Source: a phage. From it: a DNA stretch of 64,000 nucleotides. Made by a program: the position numbers and the translations under genes. The stretch lies in assembly GCA_036439915.1 (NCBI GenBank), contig GCA_036439915.1_3065.1; one strand, written 5' to 3'. Shown here in pieces: positions 63,485-64,000 of the stretch (position 1 is its first letter; each line of letters starts with the position of its first letter). Below the pieces are notes generated by a model. The model was not told the DNA's origin, ran no database searches, and was given only the letters and a program-made list of their open reading frames with translations.

Positions 63485-64000
63485 TTAGGCCGCAAGGGCC
63501 TTCATAGTTTTAGCGATTTGGGAGACTTCATCATCGCTTAAAGAGCTGCGATAACCGATGAAGTCGGAAACAATACGGAATTTCTTGGTAAACTCAGCAA
63601 CCATTTTATCACTGTTTTTTGAAGCATTATTTGATAATACATCAAAAAGATTAGTTACTGTCCAGATGTCATGACCGATGGTATCTTTTCCACCATTAAA
63701 ATATACACCGCGCAATGAACTAACTATATTAGCGAGTCGTGTATATTCTTCAGAAACTTCATCTGTACTGAAGTACTTCATCATAAAATCTAATTCAGGA
63801 TGCTTGATAATTTTATCAATATATCGTTGAGCTGAACTTGAATAACCTACATACTTATCATAATCTACATCATCAAAAGCATCTACATATAAATCACGCA
63901 AAGCTTCAAAAATACATTGGCACTGACCGAGTTCTTTTACCTTTTTCTGTAAAAGCGGACGAATAACATAAAATTCATTAATGCCAATAAGATTAGCCAT
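63485..64000 (-). CDS. rIIA: rIIA, C-terminal part (5' end outside window)
   Basis: Open frame to window edge; adjacent to rIIB with short hairpin-containing junction. Confidence 0.8.
   Translation of the reverse strand: MANLIGINEFYVIRPLLQKKVKELGQCQCIFEALRDLYVDAFDDVDYDKYVGYSSSAQRYIDKIIKHPELDFMMKYFSTDEVSEEYTRLANIVSSLRGVYFNGGKDTIGHDIWTVTNLFDVLSNNASKNSDKMVAEFTKKFRIVSDFIGYRSSLSDDEVSQIAKTMKALAA

Overview
This window is a contiguous segment of a T4-type (Tevenvirinae) myovirus genome, running from the 3' end of gene 23 (major capsid protein) to the 3' end of rIIA. Calls rest on the supplied ORF track, motifs I could read directly, and my recollection of T4 protein lengths, N-termini and gene order; no database search was possible. 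Plus-strand blocks are late structural genes (23-24, uvsW, baseplate 51-27-28-29-48-54, tail fibre 34-35-36-37-38, holin t). Minus-strand blocks are early/middle genes (rnlB, hoc, inh, uvsY, 25-26, alt, 30, rIII, 31, cd, pseT, spanins, alc, rnlA, denA, nrdB, nrdA, td, frd, 32, 59, 33, dsbA, rnh, asiA, arn, motA, 52, stp, ndd, denB, rIIB, rIIA). I found no tRNA, CRISPR array, integrase or transposase. I did not find a wholly new system; the items worth a second look are departures from the T4 reference as I remember it: two tandem full-length Alt-type ADP-ribosyltransferase genes, a 115-aa ORF inserted between frd and td, a NADAR/YbiA-like ORF beside a HAD-like ORF near the ligase, intron-less td and nrdB with no homing endonuclease genes, a T2-type gp38 adhesin, a family of repeated promoter/stem-loop cassettes, and several tiny membrane-peptide genes (including stp) below the ORF-track size cutoff.
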